Below are positions 25,585 to 36,462 of a stretch of 64,000 bases of DNA, one piece after another; position 1 is the first letter of the stretch, and each line of letters opens with the position of its first letter. The notes under the pieces were generated by a model that saw nothing but the letters and a program-made list of their open reading frames with translations, did no database searches and was not told where the DNA came from. Where the stretch lies: contig CAYNPK010000002.1 in assembly GCA_964399075.1 (NCBI GenBank), positions 20,418 to 84,417 on the forward strand, written 5' to 3'. The stretch is from an uncultured Candidatus Saccharibacteria bacterium (GTDB lineage Bacteria; Patescibacteriota; Minisyncoccia; Phycocordibacterales; JACOZG01). The position numbers and the translations under genes were made by a program.

Positions 25585-26136
25585 ATGTCTACTAGTAGAT
25601 CACTTAAGCCTGGTCGGGCCTTCGAGGATGAGGTGCTTGGCCCTTGGTCGCGACCACCAGAGCCACCGGCTCGGAGAAAGCCAAGGGGGAGGCGTCAAAA
25701 AGGCGGACTCTTTCGTTCCGATAACACCTCGCGATTGCCAGTTGGTTACTTGTCTTATGAAAAAGCTCTGATAGACGCAATGTCTCACGGTCAACTCTTG
25801 GGCACCAAGAAAGAGTGGCCCAAGGCTCCGATTGCTAAACAGATGTTCTGGTACGTTATTCGTTGTCTTCCTAGAGAAGATCAGGAGAAACTCCAGCTTT
25901 ATCGAACCATCGGAACTCCTCTTGATTTCTTTCACCGAACTGATGCCTTGTTCAGTCTCGAGGGTGCCGTGGCTAGGATAGACTTGTCTTTATGCCCGGA
26001 ACGCAAGACTGATCCAGAAGTCATTGTCATCTCTCCAGAGACAATTGCCGATCCTCGAGAACTGGCGCGCGCCATGGAGCGTGTAGCCAAGATCTTGAAG
26101 CCTCGGTTGCGAATCGTCAGGCGTCAGCGAAAGTGA
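25585..26136 (+). CDS. Hypothetical protein
   Basis: SD GAAAGGAGGT; terminator hairpin at 26165-26197. Confidence 0.65.
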   Translation: MSTSRSLKPGRAFEDEVLGPWSRPPEPPARRKPRGRRQKGGLFRSDNTSRLPVGYLSYEKALIDAMSHGQLLGTKKEWPKAPIAKQMFWYVIRCLPREDQEKLQLYRTIGTPLDFFHRTDALFSLEGAVARIDLSLCPERKTDPEVIVISPETIADPRELARAMERVAKILKPRLRIVRRQRK

Positions 26137-26218
26137 ATAGGAGAGTGAAGAGTGGATGTGATAGAAAGCCCCATCAAGACGGATCTGATGGGGCTTTAAT
26201 TTATTTTAGTATTTGCCT

Positions 26219-26425
26219 TTATTTAGTTTTAGAAAAATCCAAATGCTTATTGGCCTTAAGACACTTGGCGCAGATCTTAATTCGTCCACCGGTTGGCAGT
26301 GTCGCCCATTGGAGATTAGGACGCTTGGTGGTTTTGCCAATCGGGTTAAATTTGGTCGCGCGGATGCGATTGGAGTAACCGCCACCGACGCTGGATTTCT
26401 TTTCGCAAATTAGACAAGCTTTCAT
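26219..26425 (-). CDS. rpmB: 50S ribosomal protein L28
   Basis: CLIC, KRPNLQ, KICAKCLK. Confidence 0.9.
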   Translation of the reverse strand: MKACLICEKKSSVGGGYSNRIRATKFNPIGKTTKRPNLQWATLPTGGRIKICAKCLKANKHLDFSKTK

Positions 26426-26461
26426 GTTTGATGGTTGAGATGGTATCATATTCTGGTAAAT

Positions 26462-27079
26462 ATGCAACCGGATTTATTATTTTTAATCCCGATTCTAATT
26501 ATGTCCGTGGTGATCCACGAGGTCTCTCATGGTTACGCGGCTAACTTCTTGGGTGATCCAACGGCCAAGTTGGCTGGTCGTCTAACTCTTAATCCACTCA
26601 AACATCTTGATCTGGTTGGCTCATTTCTGGTGCCTGTTTTCTTGGCGATTGTTGGCGGATTTATTATTGGTTGGGCTAAGCCGGTCCCGTTCAATCCTTA
26701 CAATCTCCGATCTGGTCGCTGGGGGCCAGCCTTGGTGGCCGGCGCTGGACCCTTATCAAATATTATTCTGGCTGTCTTTTTCGGTTTATTGTTGCGATTT
26801 GGTTTGGTGGGTAGTTTATTTTCTCCAGCTACTGCTAATTTGGTTCTGACTATTGTTACTATTAATATTATTTTGGCTTTATTTAACCTCCTGCCAGTTC
26901 CGCCACTTGATGGTTCTAAAATTTTATTTGCCCTCTTACCTCTTAAATTTAGAGAGGTTGAAGAGTGGATGAATCGTTATCAGCTTTTTCTGATTATTAT
27001 TGTCTTGTTTGTTGTACTCAACACTTCTATCTTGCTTCAGCTTGTCTCCGGGTTGACTCGCTTGTTGATTGGAATCTAG
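26462..27079 (+). CDS. Site-2 protease family (M50) membrane metalloprotease
   Basis: HEVSH, AGPLSN, FNLLPVPPLDG. Confidence 0.92.
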   Translation: MQPDLLFLIPILIMSVVIHEVSHGYAANFLGDPTAKLAGRLTLNPLKHLDLVGSFLVPVFLAIVGGFIIGWAKPVPFNPYNLRSGRWGPALVAGAGPLSNIILAVFFGLLLRFGLVGSLFSPATANLVLTIVTINIILALFNLLPVPPLDGSKILFALLPLKFREVEEWMNRYQLFLIIIVLFVVLNTSILLQLVSGLTRLLIGI

Positions 27080-27137
27080 GTTGATCTTGCATTATTTCTC
27101 TACTCATAGTAAAGTAACGCTACTATAAATTTATTTT

Positions 27138-27548
27138 ATGGCGACTATCAATCAATTGGTAAAACGAGGGCGAAAACGAATTTATCGCAAACCCGAGGCG
27201 GTGGCTTTGGCCATGGGCTTTAACTCTATCCAAAATCGCCCTATCCATTATTCTTCGCCATTTAAGCGCGGTGTTTGTGTTCAAGTTAAGACCACAACGC
27301 CCAAGAAACCAAACTCAGCAGTGCGAAAAATTGCTCGAGTTCGATTAACTAACGGCCAAGAGGTGACAGCGTATATCCCGGGTATTGGCCATAAGTTGCA
27401 GGAACACTCGGTGGTGATGATCCGTGGCGGTCGGGTTAAGGACTTGCCTGGTGTCCGTTATCACATTGTGCGAGGTCGGTTAGATGCTGAAGGGGTCGAG
27501 AATCGTAAGCAAGCTCGTTCTAAGTATGGCGCCAAGAGGCCTAAATAA
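27138..27548 (+). CDS. rpsL: 30S ribosomal protein S12
   Basis: [20 protein letters not shown]. Confidence 0.98.
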   Translation: MATINQLVKRGRKRIYRKPEAVALAMGFNSIQNRPIHYSSPFKRGVCVQVKTTTPKKPNSAVRKIARVRLTNGQEVTAYIPGIGHKLQEHSVVMIRGGRVKDLPGVRYHIVRGRLDAEGVENRKQARSKYGAKRPK

Positions 27549-27581
27549 AAAGTAAGTAAAAAGTAAAATATAATATAAAAA

Positions 27582-28067
27582 ATGAGACGAAAATTAAAAA
27601 ATAAACGAGCGCTCTTGCCTGATGATGTTTATCAGTCGGTTAAGGTGTCAAAGTTAATTAATTACGTGATGGAAAAAGGGCATAAAAATATTGCTCGCTC
27701 TATTGTTTATGGCGCTTTTGAAGATATTAAAAAAGAAGCAAAGAAGGAGCCCTTAGAAGTTTTTGAACAAGCGCTTCAGAATGTTGGTCCCCAGATGGAA
27801 ATTAAAACGAAACGAGTTGGTGGCGCTAACTATCAAATTCCTCACGAAGTTAGTCCCGAGCGACGCTTAACGCTATCTTTGCGTTGGTTAATTGAATTTA
27901 CTCGCGCGAAAAAGGGCAAACAAGCTAGCCAGCGTCTAGCTGATGAAATTTTGGCCGCTAGCAAGAACGAAGGCGAGGCGGTTAAGCGTCGCGAGAACGT
28001 TCATAAGATGGCGGAGGCTAACCGCGCTTTTGCTCACTTCGCTCGGACGGCCTCTCGGTCTAAATAA
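27582..28067 (+). CDS. rpsG: 30S ribosomal protein S7
   Basis: RVGGANYQIP, HKMAEANRAFAH. Confidence 0.98.
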   Translation: MRRKLKNKRALLPDDVYQSVKVSKLINYVMEKGHKNIARSIVYGAFEDIKKEAKKEPLEVFEQALQNVGPQMEIKTKRVGGANYQIPHEVSPERRLTLSLRWLIEFTRAKKGKQASQRLADEILAASKNEGEAVKRRENVHKMAEANRAFAHFARTASRSK

Positions 28068-28073
28068 ATTTCT

Positions 28074-30212
28074 ATGGCTGATTATCCCCTGGAAAAAATC
28101 CGCAACTTTGGCGTTATCGCGCATATTGATGCTGGTAAAACAACCACTTCGGAGCGAATTCTTTTTTATACCGGTTTAAGTCACAAAATTAGCGAGGTTC
28201 ACGAGGGCGCGGCGGTAATGGACTGGATGGAGCAGGAGCGAGAGCGGGGAATTACTATCACCGCCGCTGCTACGACTGCTTTCTGGGTACCACTTGATGC
28301 TAAAGATAGAGAAGCGGAAAAAGTTAAATTAAATATTATTGATACGCCGGGGCACATCGATTTTACGATTGAAGTTAAGAGAAGTCTGCGTGTCCTTGAC
28401 GGAGCCGTTGTTGTCTTTGATGGCGTAGCTGGCGTGGAACCCCAATCAGAAACTAATTGGCGTTACGCTGATGATTATAAGGTGCCGAGAGTTTGCTTTA
28501 TCAATAAACTTGATCGCATTGGCGCCTCATTTGATAAATCCTATCAATCTATTATTGATCGACTATCGCCGAAGGCAGTTAAATTGCAAATTCCCGATGG
28601 TCACGAGGGTCAATTTAAGGGAATTGTTGATTTGTTGACGATGGAGTATGTCACTTTTGAAGGCGGCAAGGGAGAGAAAATAGTTAAGAATATTATTCCC
28701 GAAGGGCTTAAAGAAGTTGCCGAGAAGGCGCGCGCCGAGATGGTTGAGAAGATTGTTGAGCATGACGATGAGGCCATGGCTGATTATTTGGATGGCAAGG
28801 AGATTGGGATTCCTAAACTTCGTCAGATTATCCGTCAGGCAACGATTGCTAATAAAATTTTCCCGGTCTTGTGTGGCTCGGCCTTGAAGAATAAGGGCGC
28901 GCAATTGATGTTAGACGCTGTCGCTTATTATTTGCCCTCACCAGTTGATGTGCCAGCGCCTCTGGCAACTATCCAGAAAACTGGCGAACAAGTGGCGGTT
29001 GAGTCTAAAGATGAGGCTCCATTTGTGGCTCTGGCTTTTAAGACGGCCACTGATCCCTTTGTTGGCTCTCTGACCTTCTTCCGAGTGTATTCTGGCAAAT
29101 TAACTTCCGGATCTTACGTTCTTAATACTCGCAGTGGCAACCAAGAGAGAATCAGTCGGATTGTCCGTCTACACGCTAACGAGCGTCAGGAAATTAAAGA
29201 AATTTTTGCCGGCAACATTGCGGCTACCGTGGGTTTAAAGGACACTAAAACCGGTGACACTCTCTGTGACCCTGATCATCCAATGTTTCTGGAGGGGATT
29301 GATATTCCTGAACCGGTTATTTCTCTAAGAATTGAACCTAAGACTAAGGCTGATCAGGAGAAAATGGGTATGGCTCTTAAGAAGCTTTCTGACGAAGATC
29401 CAACCTTTTGTATCAAGAGTGACAATGAGACTGGAGAAACTATTATTTCCGGTATGGGAGAATTGCATCTGGAAGTCTTAGTTGATCGCATGAAGCGCGA
29501 ATTTAATGTTGAGGCTAATGTGGGTACTCCGCAAGTTGCCTATCGCGAGACCATTACTAAAGAAACTGAAATTGAAGGCAAGTATATTAAGCAATCTGGC
29601 GGTCGTGGTCAGTACGGTCATGTTCGTTTGCGCCTCAAGCCTTTAGAAGCTGTTGATCCGGAGGCCAAAGTACCAAAGAATGTGGTTCGAGAGTCTCATT
29701 TTGAATTTATCAATTCAATTAAGGGTGGAGTCGTTCCGCAAGAATATATTACGCCAATAGAGAAGGGGGTTAGAGAGGGAATGGAGCGCGGTGTCGTTGC
29801 CGGTTATCCGCTCGTTGATGTCTCTTGTGAACTCTATGATGGTTCTTATCACGAGGTTGACTCATCTGAGATGGCCTTTAAGATCGCTGGCTCTATGGCC
29901 TTGCAAGATGGCGCTAAGCGCGCTGGCCCGGTCATATTGGAGCCGATCATGAATGTGGAAGTGGTCGTGCCGGAGCAGTTTATGGGCGACGTTACTGGAT
30001 CTCTGTCTGGTAAGCGTGGTCAGATTGAGGCAATGGAAGATAGAGGTTTAGCTAAGGCGGTTCGCGCGCGAGTTCCCTTGTCTGAAATGTTTGGTTACAT
30101 GACCGCTTTGCGATCGATGACCGAGGGTCGAGGTACTTTCACCATGGAGTTTGATAAATACGAAATTGTGCCTCAAAATATCGCCCAAAAGATTGTTGAA
30201 GCTCGCAAGTAG
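28074..30212 (+). CDS. fusA: Elongation factor G
   Basis: AHIDAGKTT, DTPGH, GMGELHL. Confidence 0.98.
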   Translation: MADYPLEKIRNFGVIAHIDAGKTTTSERILFYTGLSHKISEVHEGAAVMDWMEQERERGITITAAATTAFWVPLDAKDREAEKVKLNIIDTPGHIDFTIEVKRSLRVLDGAVVVFDGVAGVEPQSETNWRYADDYKVPRVCFINKLDRIGASFDKSYQSIIDRLSPKAVKLQIPDGHEGQFKGIVDLLTMEYVTFEGGKGEKIVKNIIPEGLKEVAEKARAEMVEKIVEHDDEAMADYLDGKEIGIPKLRQIIRQATIANKIFPVLCGSALKNKGAQLMLDAVAYYLPSPVDVPAPLATIQKTGEQVAVESKDEAPFVALAFKTATDPFVGSLTFFRVYSGKLTSGSYVLNTRSGNQERISRIVRLHANERQEIKEIFAGNIAATVGLKDTKTGDTLCDPDHPMFLEGIDIPEPVISLRIEPKTKADQEKMGMALKKLSDEDPTFCIKSDNETGETIISGMGELHLEVLVDRMKREFNVEANVGTPQVAYRETITKETEIEGKYIKQSGGRGQYGHVRLRLKPLEAVDPEAKVPKNVVRESHFEFINSIKGGVVPQEYITPIEKGVREGMERGVVAGYPLVDVSCELYDGSYHEVDSSEMAFKIAGSMALQDGAKRAGPVILEPIMNVEVVVPEQFMGDVTGSLSGKRGQIEAMEDRGLAKAVRARVPLSEMFGYMTALRSMTEGRGTFTMEFDKYEIVPQNIAQKIVEARK

Positions 30213-30338
30213 TCTGACTGTCCGGCCAACTTGACTTCTTGTTAGCCTCTGCTAGGATAAGGTGACGCCAGAAAGCGCTGTTTTATTATTGCGAATGGTT
30301 TATTATAAAAAGTAGTTATTAATAATTAAATAATTATC

Positions 30339-31541
30339 ATGGCAGATAAATTTGATCGTACCAAGCCACACGTTAACGTTGGAACTATTGGCCACGTTGA
30401 CCACGGCAAAACCACTTTGACCGCCGCTATTCTTCATGTTCTTGATTTGAACAAGGACAAGGGTTATGGCGCCCGGGTGGAAAGTTTAGATAACATTGAC
30501 AATGCTCCAGAAGAGAGAGCTCGTGGTGTTACTATTGCCTTACACCACTCTGAATATTGGACTCCTAGTCGTCACTATGCCCACATCGACGCTCCGGGTC
30601 ACGCTGACTACATTAAGAACATGATTACTGGTGCGGCTCAAATGGACGGAGCGGTAATCGTAGTAGCCGCCACCGATGGGGTGATGCCCCAGACTCGTGA
30701 GCACATCCTCTTGGCTCGTCAAGTTGGTGTACCTAAGATTGTGGTGTTTATCAACAAGGTTGACATGGTTGACGAACCGGAGTTGGTGGAATTGGTTGAA
30801 GCCGAGGTTCGTGAGCTCTTAACTGCTCAGAAGTACGATGGTGAGAACGCTCCGGTTATTCGTGGCTCCGGCCTGAAGGCCTTGGAGGCTAAGAGTGCTG
30901 ATGATGAATGGGCGATGAAGGTGCTGGAATTAATTACCGCCCTGGATAATTATATTACCGAACCATCTCGTGAAGTTGATAAGCCATTTCTCATGCCAGT
31001 AGAAGATATTTTCACTATTGAAGGTCGTGGCACAGTGGTAACTGGTAGAATTGAACGTGGAAAGGTTAAGGTTGGTGAAGAAGTGGAGATCGTGGGGATT
31101 AATCCAACTACTAAGACAACAGTCACCGGAATTGAGATGTTCAACAAATCTCTTGATGAGGGTTTGGCTGGTGATAACGCCGGTATTCTCTTGCGAGGAA
31201 CCAAAAAGGAAGACATTACTCGTGGTCAAGTGATTGCTAAAACAACTTCGGTTACTCCTCACACAGACTTTGAGTCAGAGGTTTATATCTTGAAGAAGGA
31301 GGAGGGCGGTCGACATACTCCTTTCCTCTCCGGTTACAAACCACAGTTCTATATTCGCACTACTGATGTTACCGGTGAAGTTACTTTGCCAGATGCTTCG
31401 AAAATGGTAATGCCTGGCGATACGGTTACCTTCAAGGTTAAGTTAGTGGCACCGGTAGCCTTGGAAGAAAAACAGCGTTTCGCCATTCGTGAAGGTGGCA
31501 AAACTGTTGGCGCCGGTGTGGTCACTAAGATTATTGCTTAA
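30339..31541 (+). CDS. tuf: Elongation factor Tu
   Basis: [17 protein letters not shown]. Confidence 0.98.
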   Translation: MADKFDRTKPHVNVGTIGHVDHGKTTLTAAILHVLDLNKDKGYGARVESLDNIDNAPEERARGVTIALHHSEYWTPSRHYAHIDAPGHADYIKNMITGAAQMDGAVIVVAATDGVMPQTREHILLARQVGVPKIVVFINKVDMVDEPELVELVEAEVRELLTAQKYDGENAPVIRGSGLKALEAKSADDEWAMKVLELITALDNYITEPSREVDKPFLMPVEDIFTIEGRGTVVTGRIERGKVKVGEEVEIVGINPTTKTTVTGIEMFNKSLDEGLAGDNAGILLRGTKKEDITRGQVIAKTTSVTPHTDFESEVYILKKEEGGRHTPFLSGYKPQFYIRTTDVTGEVTLPDASKMVMPGDTVTFKVKLVAPVALEEKQRFAIREGGKTVGAGVVTKIIA

Positions 31542-31559
31542 AAATTTCCCTGTTGTTTT

Positions 31560-31940
31560 ATGGCCACTACTGAAGCTAAAACCAAAAAGACTAGCGCCAA
31601 ATCGATGAAAGATTCTACGGTTGTTAGTGGCGATATTCAGAAGGTGCGTATCCATGTCTCGGCTTACGAGAACAAAATTTTAGACGCTAGCGTCAAACAA
31701 ATTGTGGATACGGCGCTTCGATACGAAGCCAAGGTTCAGGGGCCGGTGCCACTGCCAACGGAGATAAAAAAATATACTGTCAATCGTGGCGCCTTCGTGC
31801 ATAAGAATGCCCGGGAGCAGTTCGAGATGCGAGTACACAAGCGCTTGGTCGATATTCTAAATCCTAGCCCTAAGCTAATTGAAAATTTAACTAACTTAAC
31901 TTTGCCTTCTGGCGTCAACGTTGACGTCAAAATGCTCTAA
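31560..31940 (+). CDS. rpsJ: 30S ribosomal protein S10
   Basis: GPVPLPT, REQFEMRVHKR. Confidence 0.97.
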   Translation: MATTEAKTKKTSAKSMKDSTVVSGDIQKVRIHVSAYENKILDASVKQIVDTALRYEAKVQGPVPLPTEIKKYTVNRGAFVHKNAREQFEMRVHKRLVDILNPSPKLIENLTNLTLPSGVNVDVKML

Positions 31941-31973
31941 GTTTTAAGTTTAGTTTGTTGTCAGTCTTATATT

Positions 31974-32522
31974 ATGAAATTCTTACTTGGCACTAAAGAA
32001 GCCATGACTCAAGTTTTTGATGATCGCGGAACCGTTCAAGCGGTGACGGTTATTAAGGCTGGCCCGATTAATGTAACTCAACAAAAAACTATTGAGCGTG
32101 ATGGCTATCAAGCGACCCAAGTTGGCTACGGCCGAATTCATAAGGAATTCCCGATGGCTGAACATCAAATTAGTGATGAGATAAAAGTTGGAGTCTTCAG
32201 TGAGGGCGAAGTGGTAACAGTTAGCGGGATATCCAAGGGTAAGGGTTTTCAGGGTGTGGTTAAGCGTCACCGTTTTGCTGGTGGTCCTAGGACTCACGGA
32301 CAAAAGCATTCTGAACGTGAGCCCGGTTCGATCGGTGGCGGTTTACGCAATCGCGTTCCTAAAGGTATGCGCATGGCCGGGCGGATGGGCAATGATAGAG
32401 TTACTGTCAAAAATTTACGCGTGGTTAAAATTGATGAGGAGAATAATCGCTTGTATATCCAAGGCGCCGTGCCGGGGAGACGAGGAACTCTTCTGGAGAT
32501 AAAAAGTCAAGATGAAAGCTAA
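31974..32522 (+). CDS. rplC: 50S ribosomal protein L3
   Basis: SKGKGFQGVVKRH, KGMRMAGRMG. Confidence 0.97.
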   Translation: MKFLLGTKEAMTQVFDDRGTVQAVTVIKAGPINVTQQKTIERDGYQATQVGYGRIHKEFPMAEHQISDEIKVGVFSEGEVVTVSGISKGKGFQGVVKRHRFAGGPRTHGQKHSEREPGSIGGGLRNRVPKGMRMAGRMGNDRVTVKNLRVVKIDEENNRLYIQGAVPGRRGTLLEIKSQDES

Positions 32523-33174
32523 AACTTACAATCAAGAAGGGAAAGAGGTTGGGACTATTAATTTGCCTAAAGAAATTTTTGGCCTGCCTTGGAATGCCGA
32601 TTTGGTTCATCAGGTTATTGTCTCCATGCGCTCCAACCAACGTCACAACACCGCTCACGCTAAGGGTCGTGGCGTCGTTAGTGGTGGTGGCCGGAAGCCG
32701 TGGAAGCAGAAAGGTACCGGACGATCTCGTCATGGTTCCTCCCGGTCGCCAATCTGGTCGGGTGGTGGTGTAACTCATGGTCCGACTGTTGAACGCGTGT
32801 ATGATAAGAAGATTAATAAGAAAATGAAGACTAAAGCCCTCTTGACTATTTTGTCGCAGAAATATCGTGATAATGAATTAGTTTTACTTGATGGTCTTAA
32901 GTTTCCGGCGATTAAGACTAAAGAAGCTCAAGCAATGATTAAGCATCTGTCTAAGGTTGAAGGTTTGAGTAAAATTAATTATAAAAAGGGCCGACGAGCA
33001 CTCATTGCTTTCCCGACTCGCGACGACAATGCTCTAAAGAGTTTCCGCAATTTATCAAGTGTGTCTTTGATTGATACCCAAGATTTAGATCCGGTAAGCG
33101 CTCTAACTTATCAGTATTTGTTAATTACTAATCCGGAAAAAAGTCTCGCGCTTTTGACGAGTCGGTTAAAATAA
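32512..33174 (+). CDS. rplD: 50S ribosomal protein L4
   Basis: GGGRKPWKQKGTGR. Confidence 0.97.
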   Translation: MKAKTYNQEGKEVGTINLPKEIFGLPWNADLVHQVIVSMRSNQRHNTAHAKGRGVVSGGGRKPWKQKGTGRSRHGSSRSPIWSGGGVTHGPTVERVYDKKINKKMKTKALLTILSQKYRDNELVLLDGLKFPAIKTKEAQAMIKHLSKVEGLSKINYKKGRRALIAFPTRDDNALKSFRNLSSVSLIDTQDLDPVSALTYQYLLITNPEKSLALLTSRLK

Positions 33175-33189
33175 TATAACAATACAACA

Positions 33190-33489
33190 ATGGCTACAAC
33201 TACTGCCCAAACTACTAATAGCGTTATCAAACAACCTCACGTTACTGAGCGAACCACGGCGTTTTCTATGGACAATGATCATCCAGTTTACACTTTCGTG
33301 ATTGATAAACGAGTCAACCGACTAGCAGTTAAATCTGCAGTCAAAGAGCTTTATGGGGTTACACCGATTCGCGTTAACATCGTTAATAGCCCAATTAAAC
33401 CAATGTTTCGCAAGGGTATTCTCGGTCATAAGGCCGGTTTTAAAAAAGCGATGGTTTATTTAAAGAAGGGCGACAAAATTAATTTATGA
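33190..33489 (+). CDS. rplW: 50S ribosomal protein L23
   Basis: PHVTE, KKAMVYL and operon position. Confidence 0.93.
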   Translation: MATTTAQTTNSVIKQPHVTERTTAFSMDNDHPVYTFVIDKRVNRLAVKSAVKELYGVTPIRVNIVNSPIKPMFRKGILGHKAGFKKAMVYLKKGDKINL

Positions 33490-34331
33490 AAAGTCATCGA
33501 CCAACTAGTCCGGGCCGTCGTCAAACCGTTACGATTAATTATCGGAAAGTGTTAACAGCGACTAAGCCGGCCAAAGCTTTAACTCAAGGTTTCCGACGCG
33601 CTGTCGGCCACAATAATGTTGGTCGGATAACTGTTCGCCATAAGGGTGGTGGTCATAAGCGTCTCTATCGTGAGATTGATTTTCTTTATGATAAAAAAGA
33701 TATTTCCGCGCGCGTGGAAACGATTGAATACGATCCTAATCGAAGCGGTTTTATCGGTTTGGTTTGTTATCAGGATGGAGATCGTCGCTACACTCTTTTG
33801 CCGGCCGGCTTGAAGGTTGGCGACTCTCTTATTGTTTCCGCTCAAGCTGAATTAAAAACCGGTAATCGCTTGCCTCTTAATAAGATTCCCGTTGGTACTT
33901 TTGTTTATAATATTGAAAATCAGCCAAATGGTGGCGCCAAGCTTGTCCGTTCGGCTGGCAGTTTCGCTCAAGTTTTGTCCCACGATGCCGGTTACGCTAA
34001 TTTGAAATTGCCCTCAACGGAAGTTCGTCGAATTAGTGATCAAGCTTGGGCCTCTATTGGCGCCGTTTCTAACGATGAACGTAAGTTGGTAAGTTTAGGC
34101 AAGGCCGGCCGATCGCGTTGGTTGGGCACTCGGCCGACTGTTCGTGGTACTGCTAAAAATCCAGTTGACCACCCTCATGGCGGTGGCGAGGGTTGTCAGG
34201 GCATAGGTTTGCGCCGTGGTCCTAAGACCTCTTGGGGTAAATTAGCTTACGGAGTTAAAACCAGGCGCAAAAAGAAATATTCGCGTAATTTAATTGTTAG
34301 TCGTCGACAGAAACGCTTAAGAAAGAAATAA
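33486..34331 (+). CDS. rplB: 50S ribosomal protein L2
   Basis: EYDPNRS, NPVDHPHGGGEG. Confidence 0.98.
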   Translation: MKSHRPTSPGRRQTVTINYRKVLTATKPAKALTQGFRRAVGHNNVGRITVRHKGGGHKRLYREIDFLYDKKDISARVETIEYDPNRSGFIGLVCYQDGDRRYTLLPAGLKVGDSLIVSAQAELKTGNRLPLNKIPVGTFVYNIENQPNGGAKLVRSAGSFAQVLSHDAGYANLKLPSTEVRRISDQAWASIGAVSNDERKLVSLGKAGRSRWLGTRPTVRGTAKNPVDHPHGGGEGCQGIGLRRGPKTSWGKLAYGVKTRRKKKYSRNLIVSRRQKRLRKK

Positions 34332-34336
34332 ATTTT

Positions 34337-35014
34337 ATGAAATCAGGTCTACTTTTGAGTTTAATTTGTGGATTGTTGTTTGCTCAAATGGCAATAGCGA
34401 CAGTTGTTCCATTGCCTATTGAAATCGAAATCAATGAGACTAATGAAGAGATCGTCAGTAGTGATAATTACCAATTACCTAGAAGTTGGTTCTTGCTTAA
34501 AAAACATCAGGGGGTTGGTGATTTGGCAATTATTTCAGACGGTTCTGATTCTATTGTTGAACCACGTGCTGGTGGTTTAGCTAGAATCATTACTACCCCT
34601 TTTGATGAATCTTGGGTTGCTGAAGGAGCGTCTATTGTGGCGGTTTCTTCCCTAGATGCCGGAGTTACCACAGCCGTTGTTACTCCCGATCCCAAAGACA
34701 ATAGTTTGGAACTCAATTTTGAACCACCGCTCGCTAGTGGGGCTTGTTACAGTCTTAATTTAGTGATTAATAATCCCGATAATACTATTGACTCAGTTTC
34801 TACTCCCTTGGCGCCAATTAAAGTCTTGTCTGGTGATGTGGATAGTAACGGAGTTGTTGATAATCAAGACATTCGATTGATCAGAGAACACCTCGATCAA
34901 TTTGTTGATTCGGCTACCGCCAAATATGATCTCACTGGTAATGGCAAAATTAATTTTGCTGACCGCTGGTTTGCCCTTTTCCGAGTAGGGGATAAAGTTA
35001 GTGCTTGCAATTGA
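34337..35014 (+). CDS. Secreted protein with C-terminal dockerin-like domain
   Basis: Signal peptide; paired Ca-binding loops GDVDSNGVVDNQD and YDLTGNGKINFAD. Confidence 0.8.
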   Translation: MKSGLLLSLICGLLFAQMAIATVVPLPIEIEINETNEEIVSSDNYQLPRSWFLLKKHQGVGDLAIISDGSDSIVEPRAGGLARIITTPFDESWVAEGASIVAVSSLDAGVTTAVVTPDPKDNSLELNFEPPLASGACYSLNLVINNPDNTIDSVSTPLAPIKVLSGDVDSNGVVDNQDIRLIREHLDQFVDSATAKYDLTGNGKINFADRWFALFRVGDKVSACN

Positions 35015-35079
35015 CATCTTTGTTGGTTTTGTTAATATGAGTAACAATCTGCTTAGGTTGGGTAGATTGGGTTTTATTT

Positions 35080-35442
35080 ATGTCTCGCTCACTTACTAAG
35101 GGGCTTTACGTTGACCCCAAATTATTGAAGAAGATCGCTGGGAAGAAACCCGGCGGTGTTGAGGTGATTAAAACTTGGTCTAGGGCTTCAACTATCAGTC
35201 CAGAAATGGTTGGTTTTCGTTTCGGTGTTCACAATGGTCGTAGTCATGTCGAAGTTTTAGCCACAGAAGACATGGTCGGTCATAAGTTGGGAGAATTCTC
35301 TCCAACTCGTAAATTTATCAGACACGGAGGCAAGGTTCAGAAAGAACTTGAACAAAAGCGCAAAGAGGCCGAAATTACCGCCGCCAAGGCCGCTTCTTCT
35401 CAGGGAACTACCGCCGGAGCCAAGACTGTTGGTAAAAAATAA
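35080..35442 (+). CDS. rpsS: 30S ribosomal protein S19
   Basis: [14 protein letters not shown]. Confidence 0.97.
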   Translation: MSRSLTKGLYVDPKLLKKIAGKKPGGVEVIKTWSRASTISPEMVGFRFGVHNGRSHVEVLATEDMVGHKLGEFSPTRKFIRHGGKVQKELEQKRKEAEITAAKAASSQGTTAGAKTVGKK

Positions 35443-35450
35443 ATAAAACC

Positions 35451-35810
35451 ATGCAAGCCTCTCTTTCTAATCTTCGAATTTCACCTCGCAAAGTGCGTCT
35501 GGTTGCCAATTTAGTCAAAGGCCGAACAGTTAAAGAAGCCTTGTCTAATCTTAATTGTTTAGTCAAACGATCTAGTCAGCCAATTGCTAAGTTGATTAAT
35601 TCAGCTGTGGCTAATGCTCTTACTAATGCTAATAGCAATAATAGTCGAACTAAAATCGATAAAGACAGTTTGGTTATTAAGGAATTGCGCGTTGATAAGG
35701 GCCAGGTTCTTAAGCGTCAAATGCCTCGAGCCTTCGGTCGAGCTTCGCGAATTAATAAGCGTGGTAGTCGGGTAGAAGTTGTGTTAGAAAACAAAACCCA
35801 TGAGTCATAA
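35451..35810 (+). CDS. rplV: 50S ribosomal protein L22
   Basis: SPRKVRLV, PRAFGRA. Confidence 0.97.
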   Translation: MQASLSNLRISPRKVRLVANLVKGRTVKEALSNLNCLVKRSSQPIAKLINSAVANALTNANSNNSRTKIDKDSLVIKELRVDKGQVLKRQMPRAFGRASRINKRGSRVEVVLENKTHES

Positions 35811-36450
35811 AGTCCACCCCTATTCTCATCGTCTCGGCATTATTCGCGATTGGCAATCGCGCTGGTTTGGTCGTCGAGGGCATTATCAGAAATTTTTGAA
35901 GGCGGATGTTCTGGTTCGTGAATATTTAGAGAAACGCTTGCGAGGCTTTTATGTTGACGCTATTGACATCGAGCGTGGAGAGAATAGTTTGAGAGTAATT
36001 ATTAAATCTTCTCGTCCCGGGATGGTCATTGGTCGAAGTGGCGAGGGTTCTAATCGTCTAAAGCAAGATATCCTTAAGCTTTTGTCTAAAATTGATGCCG
36101 ATGTCCCCAAGGAATTCCGGCTTGATATTGAGGAGGTTAAGAATCCGGAGTCTCATGCCAAAATTGTTGCCCAGATGATTGCGGAGAGTTTAGAGCGACG
36201 TCTAGCTTTTAAGCGAGTGGTGAAGCAGGCCATGGATAAAGTTATGGCAGTGCGCGGTGTCTTGGGAGTTAAGGTGGCTTTGGGTGGACGCTTAGGTGGC
36301 GCTGATATGGGTCGAGCGGAGAGTTACAAACGTGGTCGTTTGCCACTTCAGACACTACGCGCTGACGTTGACTTTGCTAGAGAGAAAGCCTATCTTTCTT
36401 ACGGAGTCATTGGTATTAAGGTCTGGATTTATCGAGGCGATATTTTTTAA
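35800..36450 (+). CDS. rpsC: 30S ribosomal protein S3
   Basis: GRLGGA, PLQTLRADVD. Confidence 0.97.
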   Translation: MSHKVHPYSHRLGIIRDWQSRWFGRRGHYQKFLKADVLVREYLEKRLRGFYVDAIDIERGENSLRVIIKSSRPGMVIGRSGEGSNRLKQDILKLLSKIDADVPKEFRLDIEEVKNPESHAKIVAQMIAESLERRLAFKRVVKQAMDKVMAVRGVLGVKVALGGRLGGADMGRAESYKRGRLPLQTLRADVDFAREKAYLSYGVIGIKVWIYRGDIF

Positions 36451-36462
36451 ATTTATTTCACC

